A stretch of 64,000 nt of DNA. It comes from Perkinsela sp. CCAP 1560/9 (Eukaryota; Protista; Euglenozoa: Kinetoplastea). The notes beneath the pieces are model-generated. The model was not told where the DNA came from, did not search any database, and worked only from the letters and a program-made list of their open reading frames with translations. Shown here piece after piece: positions 42,687-54,297 of this stretch. Position numbers and translations under genes: made by a program. The DNA lies in contig CBFFSA010000001.1 of assembly GCA_965644495.1 (NCBI GenBank), positions 3,720,001 through 3,784,000 on the forward strand, in the 5' to 3' direction. The first letter of the stretch is position 1, and every line of letters begins with the position of its first letter.

Positions 42687-42992
42687 ATGAGAAGAGCTCC
42701 CATTTCTGAATTGGAATTTCTGCAGCAATTCCACTATATGCTCAAAGAATCTAGAAGAACCCGCAAGCATACAGTTTGGCTGACTATTAAGCGAATTTTT
42801 GAAAAGGGAAAGAAGAAAAACGTTGGAAATAGAGACGAGTACATCGGTTCTTGTCTTTTGCGAGCGAAATTCGAACGGAAGTCATTGACTGTAGTCCTCA
42901 ATATTAACAGGATATTTTTGTTTCACCACGCATTGCAAAAATTGGTAGCCAATCACCTAAAAATAGTGGAGGATGCTAGAAGTATTGAATAG
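42687..42992 (+). CDS. SRP14: Signal recognition particle 14-kDa subunit-like
   Basis: EFL...TVWLTIKR...CLLRA...KSLTVV...F pattern and length match SRP14. Confidence 0.65.
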   Translation: MRRAPISELEFLQQFHYMLKESRRTRKHTVWLTIKRIFEKGKKKNVGNRDEYIGSCLLRAKFERKSLTVVLNINRIFLFHHALQKLVANHLKIVEDARSIE

Positions 42993-43310
42993 AAACACAG
43001 CATAGTAACGCAATTAATAGTAACGAATTAATCTAATAGATTAATTCCGTCGTTACTAATATCGTCGTTACTGATAGTAACGAATTAATCGTACAGGACT
43101 TTTGGATAAGCTGGATTGGTTTCGCTTGACACAAAAAAATAATCTTTTTCCTGCCACGTATTCTGCAACGACGTACGCAACATAGCCCAAAAGAATGTGT
43201 TGAAATCGTATTCTCAATGTTTTCAATATTGCTCAATATTACAGATAGAAAAACCTATTAGCAAATGAAATCAAGTTTCTTTTCTACCAACCTATCGCAC
43301 GCAAATCCTC

Positions 43311-45446
43311 ATGTCGTCCTCCGCTGCAGAGCTCCGTGCCTTCAAAGAGTCCGTAGAGAAGGCCAAATCTCACGCAGCTGAGGAAATCCCTTCCTGGGCT
43401 CTCCCAAACGAGTCCCCCGAAGATGCCATCCCTTCACCCCTTCTTCCCTCCCCTCCCCGTGAGGACAAGCCCATGACGGCCACCCCCCACGAGGAGTTCG
43501 GCACAACCTGGGACCCCCATCTACCCATCCCCCCCACTACCCCCCACCACCCCGAGCCCTCGTTGGGTTTCTTACCCGCCCTGCACGACACCCACCCCCC
43601 TGTGTTCGCTCTCCGCGTACGTCGCGGTGCCGCGGAACGGTTAGTGAAACAAATACTCCTTCGTGCGATCCAGGCCGTGCTGCGGGGCTCTGCCACCGCC
43701 GGTGAGAGTCTTCTTCTCACCGACCCCAGCGCGCTTACCCAGGAGGTCGGGCTGTACTCCGTATTTACCCCCACCCCTAATGCCCAATACGTCTACGTGG
43801 AATGCGGCAGTAAACGACAACTGCTGGCGCTGCTCTCCGGTCTGCGTGAGGTCTACCCCCACCGCCTCACCACCGTGGCCACACAGGAACGGCGACCCCT
43901 CCTGGTGTCCTGTCTCCGTCGCCGGGTACTCTACCCCGGGGACTATGCCCGGATTACACGAGGAACCTACAAAGGGGATTTATGCCAAGTCCTCGCCACC
44001 GGCGAGACGGCCGTGAAAGTACGGGTCATCCCCCGCATGGACTACTCCGCCGTCACGGAGCCCGTAGGCTCCCACGACGCCCCCCAACGTGGTTCCAACC
44101 GTGTTTCAAAAAAACCGAACCCCCCAAGTTCAACCCCAACCCCAGGAAGCCATCCTCGGGAATTATCCAAACTGAAAACCAAGCCCCCTCTCCCCCCCCA
44201 CCCCTTCCGTCGTCCCCAGCGCTTCTTCTCCCCCGCGCTCGTGCTCCCCGGGGGCTCCGGGGGCACGGCAGTGGAGCGCCTCCCCGAGGGCACCTGGGGC
44301 TGGGGCCCGCATGAGTTCGACCCCAGCGGGTATCTCCTGCTCCCCCTTCGCCCCTCCGCCCTCTCCCACGGCCCCTCCATGCCCCCCCCGGGCCCCGAGG
44401 AGCTCTCCCGGTTTCTTCGGGACGCCTCCAGCGTGAGAGCGGGAGGGGGGAGTCCTGGGGGGGGTGTACCCGACGGATGGGGGGAGCAGCACGCGGGAGG
44501 GAGGGGGGTGGACGCAGGGACGCTGCAGCCCACGGCCCCGCTGCCCTCTTACCACCCCGGGGAACAGGTCGTGGTGATCCATGGGCGTTCGGCTGGAGTC
44601 ACGGGAACGCTTGTGGATGTGAACCACAGGACCACAGAGGCAGTGGTGCGGGTCTCGGGGAAGGTGGATCCCCAGGGGGGGTATGGGGGCGCGGGAGGGG
44701 TTCAGGGGGGGTATGGGGGCTCGGGAGGGGTCGCGGGATCGGCTCCCGTAGTCCCCGGGTCCCTCCTCCATGTCGAGACCGCCCACCTTCGTCACCACTT
44801 CCCGGTGAACACGGTGGTGGTGGTCACGGCGGGTCCCCATGAGGGGGTGTGGGGGAGTGTGGAGTGGGAGACCCCCACCGGGGGGGCGGTGGTGCGTAGT
44901 GAGGACCACCCCGAGCAGCTCGTGGAGGTGCTGCTGGGGGAGCTGGAGAGTGCCAACCGGTATGTCCCGGTGGGAGGGGCGGGGGAGAAGGGGAGGATGG
45001 GGAAAGGGGTGGAACAGGGGGAGTTGGTGTATGTACGCGTGCGTGGGGATGGGGGGATGGCGGAAGGGGTGGTTTTTGTGGTACAACGTACCGCAAGACA
45101 TGTGTTAGGGTTAAGGTGTGATAATACGCTTGTGCGAGTGACTCCGCGTGAGGTGTTGGGGCGAGTGACCCATGCCCCGCAGAGTTTTCGGGACCGCAGG
45201 AACCAGGTGGTGAAGAGGGGGGAGGATGTGAAGCTGGAGGTGAGGAGTGGGGTGCAGGAGGGGGAGTTGGTGGCGACGGTGCGGCAGATTTATTTGGATA
45301 CTGTGTTTTTGCAAAGTCCGGAGAAAAAGTCGAATTCTGGGTATTTTGCGGATAGTCGGCTTCAGGTCGCTGGGGTGGGACATAAAAGGGAGCGAACGGA
45401 TCGATCCGGAAAAGGTGACCTCAAGAAGTTAGCACGACGAGAATAA
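43311..45446 (+). CDS. SPT5: Transcription elongation factor SPT5 (NGN + KOW domains)
   Basis: VFALRVRRG..., YVYVE, PGDYARITRGTYKGDLCQV, plus further KOW motifs (PGEQVVVIHG..AGVTG, VVVTAGPHEG). Confidence 0.85.
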   Translation: MSSSAAELRAFKESVEKAKSHAAEEIPSWALPNESPEDAIPSPLLPSPPREDKPMTATPHEEFGTTWDPHLPIPPTTPHHPEPSLGFLPALHDTHPPVFALRVRRGAAERLVKQILLRAIQAVLRGSATAGESLLLTDPSALTQEVGLYSVFTPTPNAQYVYVECGSKRQLLALLSGLREVYPHRLTTVATQERRPLLVSCLRRRVLYPGDYARITRGTYKGDLCQVLATGETAVKVRVIPRMDYSAVTEPVGSHDAPQRGSNRVSKKPNPPSSTPTPGSHPRELSKLKTKPPLPPHPFRRPQRFFSPALVLPGGSGGTAVERLPEGTWGWGPHEFDPSGYLLLPLRPSALSHGPSMPPPGPEELSRFLRDASSVRAGGGSPGGGVPDGWGEQHAGGRGVDAGTLQPTAPLPSYHPGEQVVVIHGRSAGVTGTLVDVNHRTTEAVVRVSGKVDPQGGYGGAGGVQGGYGGSGGVAGSAPVVPGSLLHVETAHLRHHFPVNTVVVVTAGPHEGVWGSVEWETPTGGAVVRSEDHPEQLVEVLLGELESANRYVPVGGAGEKGRMGKGVEQGELVYVRVRGDGGMAEGVVFVVQRTARHVLGLRCDNTLVRVTPREVLGRVTHAPQSFRDRRNQVVKRGEDVKLEVRSGVQEGELVATVRQIYLDTVFLQSPEKKSNSGYFADSRLQVAGVGHKRERTDRSGKGDLKKLARRE

Positions 45447-45592
45447 TTTTAGTATGTTTGTCGGTAATCATGACCTTAGACCCTTTTTGGTTTTCCTTGT
45501 ACGGCTACGTGAATCAGAATGTAGAAACGTTTTCTAAGTTTGTTGTTTAATCCATTTCGGTCATATATTTTTTTACGTTTTTGTTTTCACTC

Positions 45593-45973
45593 ATGGAGAC
45601 CTTTGAGCAGGTCGGCAAGGGTTATACGAATCAGTACTATCAAACCTTTCAAAGCAACCGCGGGGCACTCGCGGGTTGTTATCGAGAAAGCAGTCTGATG
45701 ACATACAATGGTGAGAGGATCTCCGGTGGGGCAAACATTACACAGAAACTTTCATCTCTCCCCCTTGGTAACTGTCAGTTTCAGATTCAAGTCCAGGACT
45801 GTCACCCTTCACCAGGAGGTGGAGTGCTAGTGTTCGTTGATGGGGAGCTTAAAGCAGAGGGTGAGGAACACAGTCTGCGATTTGCCGAGGTATTTCATCT
45901 CTCGACCGAGGCCAATCACAATTGGTACATCAGCAACCAAATCTTTCGTATTATCGGAGGAGGCTCTCAGTAG
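45593..45973 (+). CDS. NTF2: Nuclear transport factor 2
   Basis: YYQTF..NR..L...Y...SLMTYNG, DCHPS, VDGELK, WYISNQIFR. Confidence 0.92.
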   Translation: METFEQVGKGYTNQYYQTFQSNRGALAGCYRESSLMTYNGERISGGANITQKLSSLPLGNCQFQIQVQDCHPSPGGGVLVFVDGELKAEGEEHSLRFAEVFHLSTEANHNWYISNQIFRIIGGGSQ

Positions 45974-46432
45974 GCGGCTACGTGGACATTTTTATGGGGT
46001 TCTTTCCACGTTTTCGACGAAATGTACAGCGATGTACGGAATGTATACTTCATCGGATTACGTGGGCGTGGCTGTATTGCGGTAGTATTTTTAGTTGAGC
46101 AATGGTTTTTATTAGTTTTCATTAGCAATATTTACACACCTCAAAAAATACATCATTAAGAAATATTAAATTTCTTGTTGGTTTATTATGCAATGCTTTC
46201 TATGATGCATTAGGATTTTTCTATTCTAGGAAGTATAGGGAAGATCTAACTTACGCCATTAGTATCGAAGACCAGTAAGAAAGAAAAGAAGCTATCTCTC
46301 CATACTTGAAGCGTACTCTCTACTGCGCATTGTGCAAACATATTTTTTTATCTCATACACATTTCTTGTGCGATTAATCTCTCTTTTTAACTGAATCGTT
46401 AAACGCCTCCGGGGATTATCCTGCACATCAAA

Positions 46433-47779
46433 ATGATGGGTTTGCTTCTACTTTCACTTCTTTGCTTCTTTTATCCGGAGTGCACCCCAGGAGTAAGCTG
46501 TGACTTTGTATCATCCAAAACCTCCGCGTTAGGCAAGGACCTCTCTTCCGAATCACCGAAACGAAGAAAGCAGAAGGCTTCTCCTCCCGTCAAACGTTCA
46601 CTCTTCAATCGTATTGCAACACCAATGCAGGAGTACTGGAAGGACAGTGAAGGAAATAAAAACGAAGTAACTGAACGTACTCCAAACAGTGCCTCAAAGG
46701 AAAATGACACTGATCCCTTGATGACACCTTACTGGGAACAACCTGAGAAGCCGTCGCCCACAACCGTGCAATTTTCCATGAATGCCTCCATCGATACTTC
46801 AGACGTTTTTCCTCACGGGCAAATCAACGCCTCAGTCTCAATTAACGAGCAGAAGCCGGAGGAAATCGAGTTCAGTTTCTTACGTCGAGTAGGTCACGCG
46901 ATTTCTGGCTTCTTCACATCATCGGAAGAGACAGAAGAGAACATTCTCGCTACCTCAGACTCAAAAATTGAGGAATCGCTCGCTCCGAATGATGAACTCA
47001 GTCAAGTCCATTTGGGACACAGTGAATGCGGCTGTGGTTGTGGGTCTGATGAAAAGAATGAAGCCAAGCCAAAGAAAGGGAAAATTCGCTCGTTCTTTTC
47101 CAACGTGTATACAAAGGTTGCCAACTTCTTTCGTTCCGAGAAAACGGAAGACTCGGAGGACGACGGGAAGAACTCACAGAAATCATGTGATGCGACCGCA
47201 TGTAAAAGAAAGGGAAGATGCCCCTTTGGGTTTGACAAAGGCGTCTCTGCTGAAGCGAAACCACATGAGGAGCAAAATAAGAAACCGAACGAACAAGAAA
47301 CTTCCCAAGAGCCATCGCTTACTGATGTCGCTGACGCCGCAGAGGAGATTGTAAAAAAAGGTAAGGACAATCTCCCAAAGATGGATCCCATCGCTAATTT
47401 CACAGACAAGCTTCCCGAACTTCCGTTGGCAAATACACAAGCAGCCCAGTTGGACAAAAACACAAGTTTCGAATTCTCAAAAAAAGCGAATGCAGACGTA
47501 GCAAAACAAGATTCGACGCTGAGCTCGTCCTTAAGAGAAGACGAAAATTTGCTACCTAAGCAAGAGCGCCGCCGAACCCCAGCCTGGGTTGGTATCGCAG
47601 CTACCGTAGGAGTGCTTGCGTGCCTTGTGCTCTTCGTCTGCGTTGGATTTGCGATTCGGATGCGAACGACAAGTCGTGCGAAGCCAGAATTTGCAATCTT
47701 CCCTTCATCTCTACATGTCCCGCTACGTCGGGATAGCTCGCTTCAGCTTGGAAGTTTGAGGGAGGAGTCGATGGTTTAA
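46433..47779 (+). CDS. Type I membrane protein, unknown function
   Basis: N-terminal signal peptide, low-complexity ectodomain, single TM segment (WVGIAATVGVLACLVLFVCVGF). Confidence 0.8.
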   Translation: MMGLLLLSLLCFFYPECTPGVSCDFVSSKTSALGKDLSSESPKRRKQKASPPVKRSLFNRIATPMQEYWKDSEGNKNEVTERTPNSASKENDTDPLMTPYWEQPEKPSPTTVQFSMNASIDTSDVFPHGQINASVSINEQKPEEIEFSFLRRVGHAISGFFTSSEETEENILATSDSKIEESLAPNDELSQVHLGHSECGCGCGSDEKNEAKPKKGKIRSFFSNVYTKVANFFRSEKTEDSEDDGKNSQKSCDATACKRKGRCPFGFDKGVSAEAKPHEEQNKKPNEQETSQEPSLTDVADAAEEIVKKGKDNLPKMDPIANFTDKLPELPLANTQAAQLDKNTSFEFSKKANADVAKQDSTLSSSLREDENLLPKQERRRTPAWVGIAATVGVLACLVLFVCVGFAIRMRTTSRAKPEFAIFPSSLHVPLRRDSSLQLGSLREESMV

Positions 47780-48244
47780 AAATGCGTCTGCTTTTCTGAT
47801 TGCTTTCTTCGTATTCCGGGTTTAAATTTTAGAATGTGATGTTTTTTAGAGCACAGTTTATTTCATATTTGCTATTTCAGTTGGTATGAAGAAAGGCTTT
47901 GAATTAAGAAACACATTTTAATAAGACCTACTTTTATGTTTATGAGATTTTCGGCTTAATTCATTGAGTTTATCTTATGTTAAAATTGATCAATACGTAC
48001 ATAGTTCGATGCTACTAAAGTCCATTTTGTATTTTTGTTCTGCCAATCCTAACAAATACTGTATCTCGCACCCTTCTATTAGATTGCACGAAAACATTTA
48101 CGTAACACCATTTCACTCCTTCTTATCACCAAAGAAAACAAATATGGTATCTCACGTACACCAAACAGGTGACCACAAAACCAAAACTCCTTTGCAATTA
48201 TCCCTACAACCCTTTTTCTTCCATTTCTCACCTCTCCCTCCCCC

Positions 48245-50014
48245 ATGCCCTCCCCCCACACCATCCCCGTACCCCCCAACGCCCCCCTCTCCGAGGGTCT
48301 CCGCGCCATCTCCCTCGTCGTCGCGGCCAGCCCCGAAGGCGGGATTGGAAAAAACAACAACCTCCCCTGGGACCTCCCCTCCGACCTCAAACACTTCCGT
48401 ACCCTCACCTCCACCCTCTCCTCGAAATCCCTCGAGGGGATCAAACAAAACGCCGTCATCATGGGACGTAAGACCTGGGAGTCCATCCCGGAGAAATACC
48501 GACCCCTTCCCCATCGGGTTAATATTGTCATTAGCTCCACGCTGACCCCCACGACCCCCTCACCGAATAACGAAGAGAATACAAAACAAAATGGAATAAA
48601 GTCCAACGAAAGGGAATTTAAGAATAGTGAAATGCAACAAAATCAAAAGGAACCGACAAGTTTAATGGAAAGCGAAGGCAAGCTGAAGAGCCCTACAGAA
48701 AATACACAAGACCAAAAGGCAGGAGTGAAAGGGGATGGGGGAGTAAAGGAGGATGGGGAAGTGAAAGAGGGCAAGGGATCGATAGATCAGAAGGATTCGA
48801 AAGCGCCCAATAAATCCCTCTACATTGTCCCTACTCTCCACGATGCCCTACGCCTCACCATCTCCCCGGATCTCCGGGCCTCCATCGACCACGTCTTCAT
48901 CATCGGCGGGGCCTCGCTCTACAACGAGGTGTTGGACCCGCGAGGGGCGTTCTTCCCCTATCTCTCCTGTGTGCATCTCACCCGTGTAGGGGACGAACTG
49001 CCCTGTGACATTACCGTCCCGCGGCTGTGTGAGCAGAGCTGGGAGGGGGAGGCCGGAGCTAACGGGTTCGTGCTGCAGCAACCCGTGCCGGAGGTCACCG
49101 AGCCCCACAACGGGATTGTGGTGAAATTCCAAAAATGGGTGAAATCGAATCCTCAGGAAAGTCAGTACTTAGCTCTGATTCGGGAGATTTTGGAAAAGGG
49201 GGTGGATAAGGGGGACCGGACGGGGACGGGGACCCGGAGTGTGTTTGGGGCTCAAATGCGGTTTGATTTGGGGAATGGGAGGCTGCCGCTGCTGACGACG
49301 AAGCGGGTGTTCTGGCGTGGGGTCGCGGAGGAACTGCTGTGGTTTATTCGAGGGGACACCGACGCGAGACACCTCGCGGAGAAGAAGATTCATATTTGGG
49401 ATGGGAACGGCTCCCGGGCGTATTTGGACTCCATTGGGTTAAGTTCCCGGGCGGAGATGGATTTAGGTCCGGTTTATGGGTTTCAGTGGCGACACTTTGG
49501 GGCAGAGTACGAGACCTGTGGGAGTGATTACGCCGGGAAAGGGGTGGACCAGTTAAAGGGGCTAGTGGAGAAAATCAAACAAAACCCCAATGACCGGCGA
49601 TTGTTGATGTCGGCGTGGAATCCGGTCGCGATTCCCGAGATGGCACTTCCCCCATGTCATGTGTTGTGTCAGTTTTATGTCGCCAACGATGCGTTGAGTT
49701 GTCAGCTCTACCAACGGAGCTGTGACATGGGGCTCGGGGTGCCGTTTAATATTGCCTCCTACGCTTTGTTGACCATATTACTGGCGAAGGCTACGGGACT
49801 TCGCTGTGGGGAGCTCATCCATACTCTAGGCGATGCCCATGTGTATCGGAATCACATAGAGCCCCTGGAGGAACAGCTGCGTCGAACCCCTCGGTCGTTT
49901 CCCTATCTTCACTTCAAGAGACACCACGAGACGTTGGAGGACTACGCATTTGAGGATTTCGAGCTCGTAGATTACAACCCCTATGGGATGATCAAAATGG
50001 AAATGGCAGTGTAG
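48245..50014 (+). CDS. DHFR-TS: Bifunctional dihydrofolate reductase-thymidylate synthase
   Basis: DHFR: [27 protein letters not shown]: [41 protein letters not shown]. Confidence 0.97.
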   Translation: MPSPHTIPVPPNAPLSEGLRAISLVVAASPEGGIGKNNNLPWDLPSDLKHFRTLTSTLSSKSLEGIKQNAVIMGRKTWESIPEKYRPLPHRVNIVISSTLTPTTPSPNNEENTKQNGIKSNEREFKNSEMQQNQKEPTSLMESEGKLKSPTENTQDQKAGVKGDGGVKEDGEVKEGKGSIDQKDSKAPNKSLYIVPTLHDALRLTISPDLRASIDHVFIIGGASLYNEVLDPRGAFFPYLSCVHLTRVGDELPCDITVPRLCEQSWEGEAGANGFVLQQPVPEVTEPHNGIVVKFQKWVKSNPQESQYLALIREILEKGVDKGDRTGTGTRSVFGAQMRFDLGNGRLPLLTTKRVFWRGVAEELLWFIRGDTDARHLAEKKIHIWDGNGSRAYLDSIGLSSRAEMDLGPVYGFQWRHFGAEYETCGSDYAGKGVDQLKGLVEKIKQNPNDRRLLMSAWNPVAIPEMALPPCHVLCQFYVANDALSCQLYQRSCDMGLGVPFNIASYALLTILLAKATGLRCGELIHTLGDAHVYRNHIEPLEEQLRRTPRSFPYLHFKRHHETLEDYAFEDFELVDYNPYGMIKMEMAV

Positions 50015-51100
50015 GGAATGAAAGGGGAGGATTAGGCGAAACGTGGGGATTTGTAAATTTTCTTCTTTGTACATCAATTGCATTGAATTAATAGAGATTT
50101 CCGTACATGCGTTTTATGTTTTGCCACCATGTATGTGGTGGGTTGTGTATATCTAGAATTTGTACAGTATTCTATTTTGGATTGTCCCCGGTGACTGCGA
50201 CGTACATGAGTTGCGCATTTCTTATTTTAGAGAGTTCTTCTTTTGAAAACATTAGCACAAATACTGCGCACAATACTGTGTAAAGGAAGGTCTGTCCCTT
50301 TATAATATTTCGGAGCAGATTCTTATGCATGTATGTTCGTTTAAACTGGTTTACTTCTAAGAGGCTGTATAAGCTGAATCATAGGCTGATTAATGTCCTC
50401 AGAAATACATTGTTTGATCAGAATGGTTTGATTTGAAACACATATTGGATGGACCTCACACAAAGTGATGTCTTTTACTGATACCTCCCTTTGGTTAAAA
50501 GAAATATTTTGTTTAGAAAACTGGGGTATATGCAACTTCGCTTGATTGTTGAGAGCCATCACATTACATAACGAAACCTCTTACCGAAATACAGAAATTT
50601 TTTGATATCTGACATAGTACTGTTCATACGTTTTTTACTTTTCAAAAGTTTTTTGTTATCCAAAATTTGTTTTTCCATTTCAGGATGCTTAGTGATGTAG
50701 TTTACGATCATAAGTTTGCTCCCCACTGAAACGCGATTGCAGACGAACTCCAAAGCGTAAACTTTTAGAAAGGGCTCATTCCTCCCTAAAATACCCTTGG
50801 GGATGTGATGTCAAGTTGGCTAATCCTTCTGGTTACTAATTACAAAGAAGCAAAGTCAATATCCTTCGCTACGTTCGATTTTCAGGCTCAAGAAGTGAAT
50901 GAGCTGGAAATCGAAGGAATCGAGCTGGAATCGATCGTGTAAATTTACGCACCGCCATCGAACTGGACTTCTAAAAACTTTTCAAACGACACGCGTCATA
51001 GAAAATGCGAAGAAGAGTTTTCGAAAGCGATACAGTGTTGGAATCCAAGAAAATCGGTGGGGATTAAGTTTTGCAAAAAGTCGTAATGACTTTCTTATCA

Positions 51101-51302
51101 CTGTAACCCCTAGTTATCTGTCACACGTCACCCCCCCCTAGTTACTCCCCCTAGTATCTGTCACTTTTTGGCACTTCGATTTTTTTCGTCGACTACCCCT
51201 CCCCCTAGTTATCAGTCACTTTCTCACGAAAAGTAGTGACAGATCAGAAGAGAATCTAGGTGAAGAGACAGTTCATCTTTTCACGAAAAGTAGTGACAGA
51301 TA
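51101..51302. mobile_element. MITE remnant with CCCCTAGTTATCTGTCAC repeats, target of the Tc1 copy
   Basis: Direct repeats at ~51107, 51147 and 51203; inverted GTGACAGAT(A) at 51236 and 51294. A related motif occurs at ~9073. Confidence 0.5.
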
Positions 51303-52256
51303 CAGTCAGCAAAAAAACCGTTCGAATGTTTCGGTTTTTTTTCTTTTGTATAGAGCTATTGATTAAATATCATCGTTGCGCTGGTAATGTGTGCTAGTAG
51401 TGTAGGCATGAGTGTCACCTAATAGTACCCGTAGATAGTTCACCTCAGTTCGTTCTACCAAAGAAATAAGAATGAATATAAAAAAGTTTAGCATTCGAAA
51501 GGTTTTTTTGCTACCTATTATAGAGAAAATCTTGTCCCGAAAAATAGATGAAACGTAATGGCCCAAGAGAGATTATGCCCGTAAAATTAGTATTTAGTAT
51601 TCCCCACACGAGCCTTCAGCACTGCCTTCATACGGGCAGGCATACTGTCCACCTGGGCACGGCATACTGAAGGTGGTATGTTCGCCCATTCCATTTTTAC
51701 CCTCTCCCACAACTCTCGGACCCCGCTTGGTGGATCATCGTGCGCTGCAAGGCGCCGCTTGAGTTCCCCCCAAACGTTTTCGATTGGATTTAAGTCAGGG
51801 GACTGCGGGGGCCACCGCATGACTTCAAACCCGGTACCCCGGAGGTGCCGCTGCGCACAATGGTTTGTGTGCTTGGGGTCATTATCTTGTTGGAAGATGA
51901 CCATTGGGGGGTCTAGACCCATAGTTTCGTTGGAGGGGGCAAGATTCTCTTCAAGAATCTCGACGTACTGTGTGGCGTTCAGGTTCCCTTGAACTAGACG
52001 CACATGCCCCACACCGCTTCGGGGCATGCACGCCCGAATTATGATGTGCCCCCCTCCGTACTTTACCGTGGGCATTACTCCTTTTTCACCCAGTTCCTCC
52101 CCCGGGGTCCCCCATGTCCAAAGACTTCCCCCCGTTTCAAAGCGCGAGATCTTTGTCTCGTCCGACCATACAACTGGAGCCCAGTCGTGCACTGTCCAGT
52201 GCTCATGGGCCGTGGCAAAGTCCATCCGAAGCTTGCGATGGCGCTTGGACAGGTAG
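51303..52256 (-). mobile_element. 5'-truncated second copy of the Tc1 DD34E element
   Basis: Near-identical to 10396-11350. Intact catalytic ORF 51587-52225 but no HTH. Confidence 0.92.
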
Positions 52257-52544
52257 TATGTAAGGGGGGATAGTATTTAGGAAACTTGCGGATCGCGTTT
52301 CAGAGCACTTTGATAAAAGGATAAGGCCCCCCTTGTGCTAATTTTGGCCATGCTGCATTCACGAGCCCTGTTCGAAAGCTCTGGAATGCACTATTTGTAT
52401 CGAAAACAAATGTATTGTAAACAAATAAATTTTACGAATTTTAGACCCCTCACGTTAAAAAAGGTTTCCCCCCTGCATTTGTTCAGATTATGCTACTTAT
52501 TTTTTGAGTTTCCTTATTACTTTAGTTCAGCTCTCACTTACAGA

Positions 52545-53148
52545 ATGTGTGACGTTCCGGCTTCAAGGCCGCGCCTGGCTAAGATTCGAGGCACAGCTCT
52601 TCCGCAAGAGTACGATCTAGAGAGACTCGTTGCCGGTATTCCCGATCCACATAGCTCCTGGACGGCAGACACTCCGGTTTGTGAGTGGGATGGCGTAATA
52701 TGCATGTCGCGCGGCACACCCACATCACTCCGTTGGTCATCGCATGCCTCGCGTATGAAAGGTGGAACTGTGTATTTGCAGTTTATGCCGGTTTCCATTC
52801 AAACGTTTTCTGTACCGAGCTGTGGGCTTTTCGGGGGAAGTTACATTCGGATTACTTCCTCGGCATCTTAATTATCTTTATCTCCAAGAAAATAAGTTTA
52901 CTGGAGAATTACAAGTTAGCGACCTTCCGGACATGATTATTGAGCTCAATATTGTAAAAAACCAATTTCATGGCAAGGTTGACCTCGTTTCAGATTTAAA
53001 TGAAATTGTACCGAAAAGTTTGATCGCCATGCAAGTAGGCCAAAATGTGGATCTTTTTGGTACAATCAATGTTGCTTTGCTTCGAAGATGGAAATCATCC
53101 TTTATGTACGATGTCAGTGGGACAAGCATTAGACGAGTAACGAAATGA
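52545..53148 (+). pseudogene. LRR gene with +1 frameshift at ~52829-52837 (could be a homopolymer error)
   Basis: RLAKIRGTALPQEYDL motif and cap in one frame; GEVTFGLLP LRRs continue in the next frame. Confidence 0.75.
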
Positions 53149-53549
53149 CAATCCAGCTCTAAATTCACAGTGATTCATACACTGTAGTATTGTTATTTAC
53201 ATTGAGATGACAATATTTTTATGTACATTGAGGCGATCTTTATTTTTTGTTTATGATTCAACCATTCTTGTGGTAATACTGTCCCCTCTATTTAGCGTAT
53301 TTTATTCCACTATTTAGTGTTGTTTTTTAGCTTTGTGAGCATTGGTGCCGGAAAGGCGTCGAATGTCCTTACCCCCTATCTAGTGTTGAATTTCGATTAA
53401 TTTCTTTAAACATTAAATTATTTAAATAATATTTAAAATATGAGAGATAGTCATTTATACGCTGTCAGGTATTTTGTTTGTGTCCGAAATGAAAGCATAT
53501 GTAAAAATTGTTTTTTTATTTCTGTCTTCTTCTGACAATTATTCGTCTA

Positions 53550-53831
53550 ATGAGTGCTCAGGAAGAACCCAAAAAACCTGTCATTAAAAATGTTGACATG
53601 ACAGAAGAGATGCAAGGAGATGCGATTGCTACTGCTAATGAAGCATTGGATAAATTCAACATTGAAAAGGACATAGCAGCACACATTAAGAAAGAATTTG
53701 ATCGAAAACACAACCCAACTTGGCATTGTGTAGTCGGACGCAATTTCGGTTCTTTTGTTACACATGAGACGCAACATTTTATTTACTTTTACGTAGGGCA
53801 GATTGCAGTGCTGTTGTGGAGATCAGGTTGA
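53550..53831 (+). CDS. DYNLL1: Dynein light chain LC8
   Basis: [41 protein letters not shown]. Confidence 0.97.
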   Translation: MSAQEEPKKPVIKNVDMTEEMQGDAIATANEALDKFNIEKDIAAHIKKEFDRKHNPTWHCVVGRNFGSFVTHETQHFIYFYVGQIAVLLWRSG

Positions 53832-54297
53832 ACAGCATGTATTTTTATCATTTGATAGTGTAAATTGCATGCTTGGATAAAAGGAATGCTCTTGTCGTTT
53901 TTCGATTTATTATCTAGGATATTGGCCTAAGAAATTTAGCACGCGATTTTTAGTCATACTTTCTTAGCGTTATTGCATTGTTCTCAAGCAGAATGGTTTA
54001 TTTTCTTAATTATTTTTTTTCGTGTATTGTTCACATAATAAACTACTCGGTTGTTACGACTTTGGCAACTCGTGTTTATTTGCACGCGAGTAAAAAGTAT
54101 AACGCGATGATAGCGTCAACTATAAAGTAGCAGCATCCTCAATGCATTTCATGGATTAATTTTGAGAATGTGTACTGTTCACTGTAGTAATTTGTGTATG
54201 ATATTTTTGCACCAAAATATTTGCCTTTCTTATGAGGTAGTGCATGTGAAAAATATCTTTACTCTTGCGCAATTATTTGTAGCGAATACCACCCCTT

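Noticed and set aside
13502-45383. Pro/Gly-rich minus-strand and alternative-frame ORFs over NOC4, the 36720 LRR and SPT5
   Set aside because: Shadow ORFs caused by stop-poor C/G-skewed sequence; no motifs.
50341-50753. Minus-strand ORF fragments as a gene or transposase
   Set aside because: Short, AT-rich, with no recognisable motif; cannot be supported.
19313-52817. Further TTTCTGTAC matches (~19313, ~52808) as SL relics
   Set aside because: Short matches inside coding sequence with no flanking SL similarity; expected by chance.
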